The translations under genes and the position numbers were made by a program. The notes below the pieces were generated by a model that saw only the letters and a list, made by a program, of their open reading frames with translations, was not told the origin of the DNA and made no database searches. A stretch of 22,495 nt of DNA from NCBI RefSeq assembly GCF_004010195.1, contig NC_057717.1, positions 104,568,003 to 104,590,497 of the forward strand. The letters are read 5' to 3'. Below are positions 19,637 to 22,495 of the stretch, one piece after another; position 1 is the stretch's first letter; each line of letters opens with the position of its first letter. The DNA is from Chiloscyllium plagiosum (taxonomy: Eukaryota).

Positions 19637-22495
19637 TGTCTGCGTGGCGTTTGCACATTCTCCCCGTGTCTGTGTGGGGTTTGCACATTCTCCCCGTGTC
19701 TGCGTGGCGTTTGCACATTCTCCCCGTGACAGTGTGGCGTTTGCACATTCTCCCCGTGTCGGTGTGGGGTTTGTACATTCTCCCCATGTCTGTGTGGCGT
19801 TTGCACATTCTCCCCATGTCTGTGCGGCGTTTGCACATTCTCCCCGTGTCTGTGTGGGGTTTGCACATTCTCCCCGTGTCTGCGTGGCGTTTGCACATTC
19901 TCCCCGTGTCTGTGTGGGAGTTGCACATTCTCCCCGTGTCTGTGTGGGGTTTGTACACTCTCCCCGTGTCTGTGTGGGGTGTGTACATTCTCCCCGTGTC
20001 TGTGTGGGGTGTGTACATTCTCCCCCCTATCTGTGTGGGGTGTGTACATTCTCCCCGTGTGTGTGTGGGGTGTGTACATTCTCCCCGTGTCTGTGTGGGG
20101 TGTGTACATTCTCCCCGTGTCTGTGTGGAGTTTGTACACTCTCCCCGTGTCTGTGTGGGGTGTGTACATTCTCCCCCTGTCTGTGTGGGGTGTGTACACT
20201 CTCCCCGTGTCTGTGTGGGGTGTGTACATTCTCCCCGTGTCTGTGTGGGGTGTGTACATTCTCCCCCCTGTTGTGTGGGGTGTGTACATTCTCCCCCCTG
20301 TCTGTGTGCGGTGTGTACATTCTCCCCGTGTCTGTGTGAGGTTTGTACGTTCTCCCCGTGTCTGTGTGGGGTGTGTACACTCCCCCCGTGTCTGTGTGGG
20401 GTGTGTACACTCCCCCCGTGTCTGTGTGGGGTGTGTACACTCCCCCCGTGTCTGTGTGGGGTGTGTACACTCCCCCCGTGTCTGTGTGGGGTGTGTACAC
20501 TCCCCCCGTGTCTGTGTGGGGTGTGTACACTCCCCCCGTGTCTGTGTGGGGTGTGTACACTCCCCCCGTGTCTGTGTGGGGTGTGTACACTCCCCCCGTG
20601 TCTGTGTGGGGTGTGTACACTCCCCCCGTGTCTGTGTGGGGTGTGTACACTCCCCCCGTGTCTGTGTGGGGTGTGTACACTCCCCCCGTGTCTGTGTGGG
20701 GTGTGTACACTCCCCCCGTGTCTGTGTGGGTGTGTACATTCTCCCAGTGTCTGTGTGGGGTGTGTACACTCTCCCCGTGTCTGTGTGGGGTGTGTACATT
20801 CTCCCCCCTATCTGTGTGGGGTGTGTACATTCCTCCCGTGTCTGTGTGGGGTGTGTACATTCTCCCCGTGTCTGTGTGGGGTGTGTACACTCTCCCCGTG
20901 TCTGTGTGGGGTGTTGACATTCTCCCCGTGTCTGGGTGGGGTGTGTACATTCTCCCCGTGTCTGGGTGGGGTGTGTACACTCTCCCCGTGTCTGTGTGGG
21001 GTGTGCACACTCTCCCCCTGTCTGTGTGGGGTATGTACACTCTCCCCATGTCTGTGTGGGGTGTGCACATTCTCCCCGTGTCTGTGTGGGGTGTGTACAT
21101 TCTCCCCGTGTCTGTGTGGGGTGTGCACACTCTCCCCGTGTCTGTGTGGGGTGTGCACATTCTCCCCGTGTCTGGGTGGGGTGTGTACACTCTCCCCGTG
21201 TCTGTGTGGGGTGTGTACACTCTCCCCCTGTCTGTGTGGGGTTTGCACATTCTCCCCGTGTCTGTGTGGGGTGTGTACATTCTCCCCGTGTCTGTGTGGG
21301 GTGTGCACATTCTCCCCGTGTCTGTGTGGCGCTTGCACATTCTCCCCGTGTCTGTGTGGGGTGTGTACACTCTCCCCGTGTCTGTGTGGGGTGTGTACAC
21401 TCTCCCCCGTGTCTGTGTGGGGTGTGTACACTCTCCCCGTGGCTGTGTGGGTTTGTACATTCTCATTGTGTCTGGGTGGGGTGTGCAGATTCTCCCCGTG
21501 TCTGTGTGGGGTGTGCACATTCTCCCCGTGTCTGTGTGGGGTGTGTACATTCTCCCCGTGTCTGTGTGGGGTGTGTACATTCTCCTGTGTCTGTGTGGGG
21601 TGTGTGTACATTCTCCCAGTGTCTGTGTGGGGTGTGCACATTCTCCCCGTGTCTGTGTGGCGCTTGCACATTCTCCCCGTGTCTGTGTGGCGCTTGCACA
21701 TTCTCCCCGTGTCTGTGTGGCGCTTGCACATTCTCCCCGTGTCTGTGTGGCGCTTGCACATTCTCCCCGTGTCTGTGTGGCGCTTGCACATTCTCCCCGT
21801 GTCTGTGTGGGGTGTGCACATTCTCCCCGTGTCTGTGTGGCGCTTGCACATTCTCCCCGTGTCTGTGTGGCGCTTGCACATTCTCCCCGTGTCTGTGTGG
21901 CGCTTGCACATTCTCCCCGTGTCTGTGTGGCGCTTGCACATTCTCCCCGTGTCTGTGTGGCGCTTGCACATTCTCCCCGTGTCTGTGTGGCGCTTGCACA
22001 TTCTCCCCGTGTCTGTGTGGCGCTTGCACATTCTCCCCGTGTCTGTGTGGCGCTTGCACATTCTCCCCGTGTCTGTGTGGCGCTTGCACATTCTCCCCGT
22101 GTCTGTGTGGCGCTTGCACATTCTCCCCGTGTCTGTGTGGCGCTTGCACATTCTCCCCGTGTCTGTGTGGCGCTTGCACATTCTCCCCGTGTCTGTGTGG
22201 CGCTTGCACATTCTCCCCGTGTCTGTGTGGCGCTTGCACATTCTCCCCGTGTCTGTGTGGCGCTTGCACATTCTCCCCGTGTCTGTGTGGCGCTTGCACA
22301 TTCTCCCCGTGTCTGTGTGGCGCTTGCACATTCTCCCCGTGTCTGTGTGGCGCTTGCACATTCTCCCCGTGTCTGTGTGGCGCTTGCACATTCTCCCCGT
22401 GTCTGTGTGGCGCTTGCACATTCTCCCCGTGTCTGTGTGGCGCTTGCACATTCTCCCCGTGTCTGTGTGGGGTGTGCACATTCTCCCCGTGTCTG
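19637..22495 (+). repeat. 30-bp minisatellite (~95 units, runs off the window end) derived from the HE1 V-domain
   Basis: Unit TGTCTGTGTGG(GGTG/CGCT/GGTT)TG(C/T)ACATTCTCCCCG; the single-copy equivalent is at 2420-2462. Confidence 0.95.

Noticed and set aside
19512..22481. Long ORFs of 168-557 aa (HTDTGRMCKR-type repeats)
   Set aside because: They are translations of the stop-free 30-bp SINE-derived array, open in several frames on both strands and lying inside STX10 intron 1.

Overview
Vertebrate nuclear DNA, most likely a shark or other elasmobranch, judged from HE1/V-SINE copies, CR1/HER1-type LINE tails and Penelope-like terminal repeats. The minus strand carries coding exons 2-8 of a syntaxin-6/10 family Qc-SNARE gene, best read as STX10; exon 1 lies beyond the window end. 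The seven exons splice in frame, and all but the linker exon match the STX6-family exon sizes (170/95/63/117/107/95/77 nt). Intron 2 is a U12-type AT-AC minor intron with donor ATATCCTCC, branch site TTCCTTAAC and acceptor AC. The introns hold retroelement fragments and several GC-rich minisatellites, including a >2.8 kb array of 30-bp units that grows directly out of an HE1 SINE, and an array built from short palindromes. Several short repeats carry Penelope-type hammerhead-ribozyme-like cores. The first ~4.7 kb may be the 3' UTR of a convergent + strand gene. Most long ORFs in the supplied track are repeat artefacts. No wholly new biological system can be established from sequence alone; repeat family names and homolog comparisons come from recall and need database confirmation.
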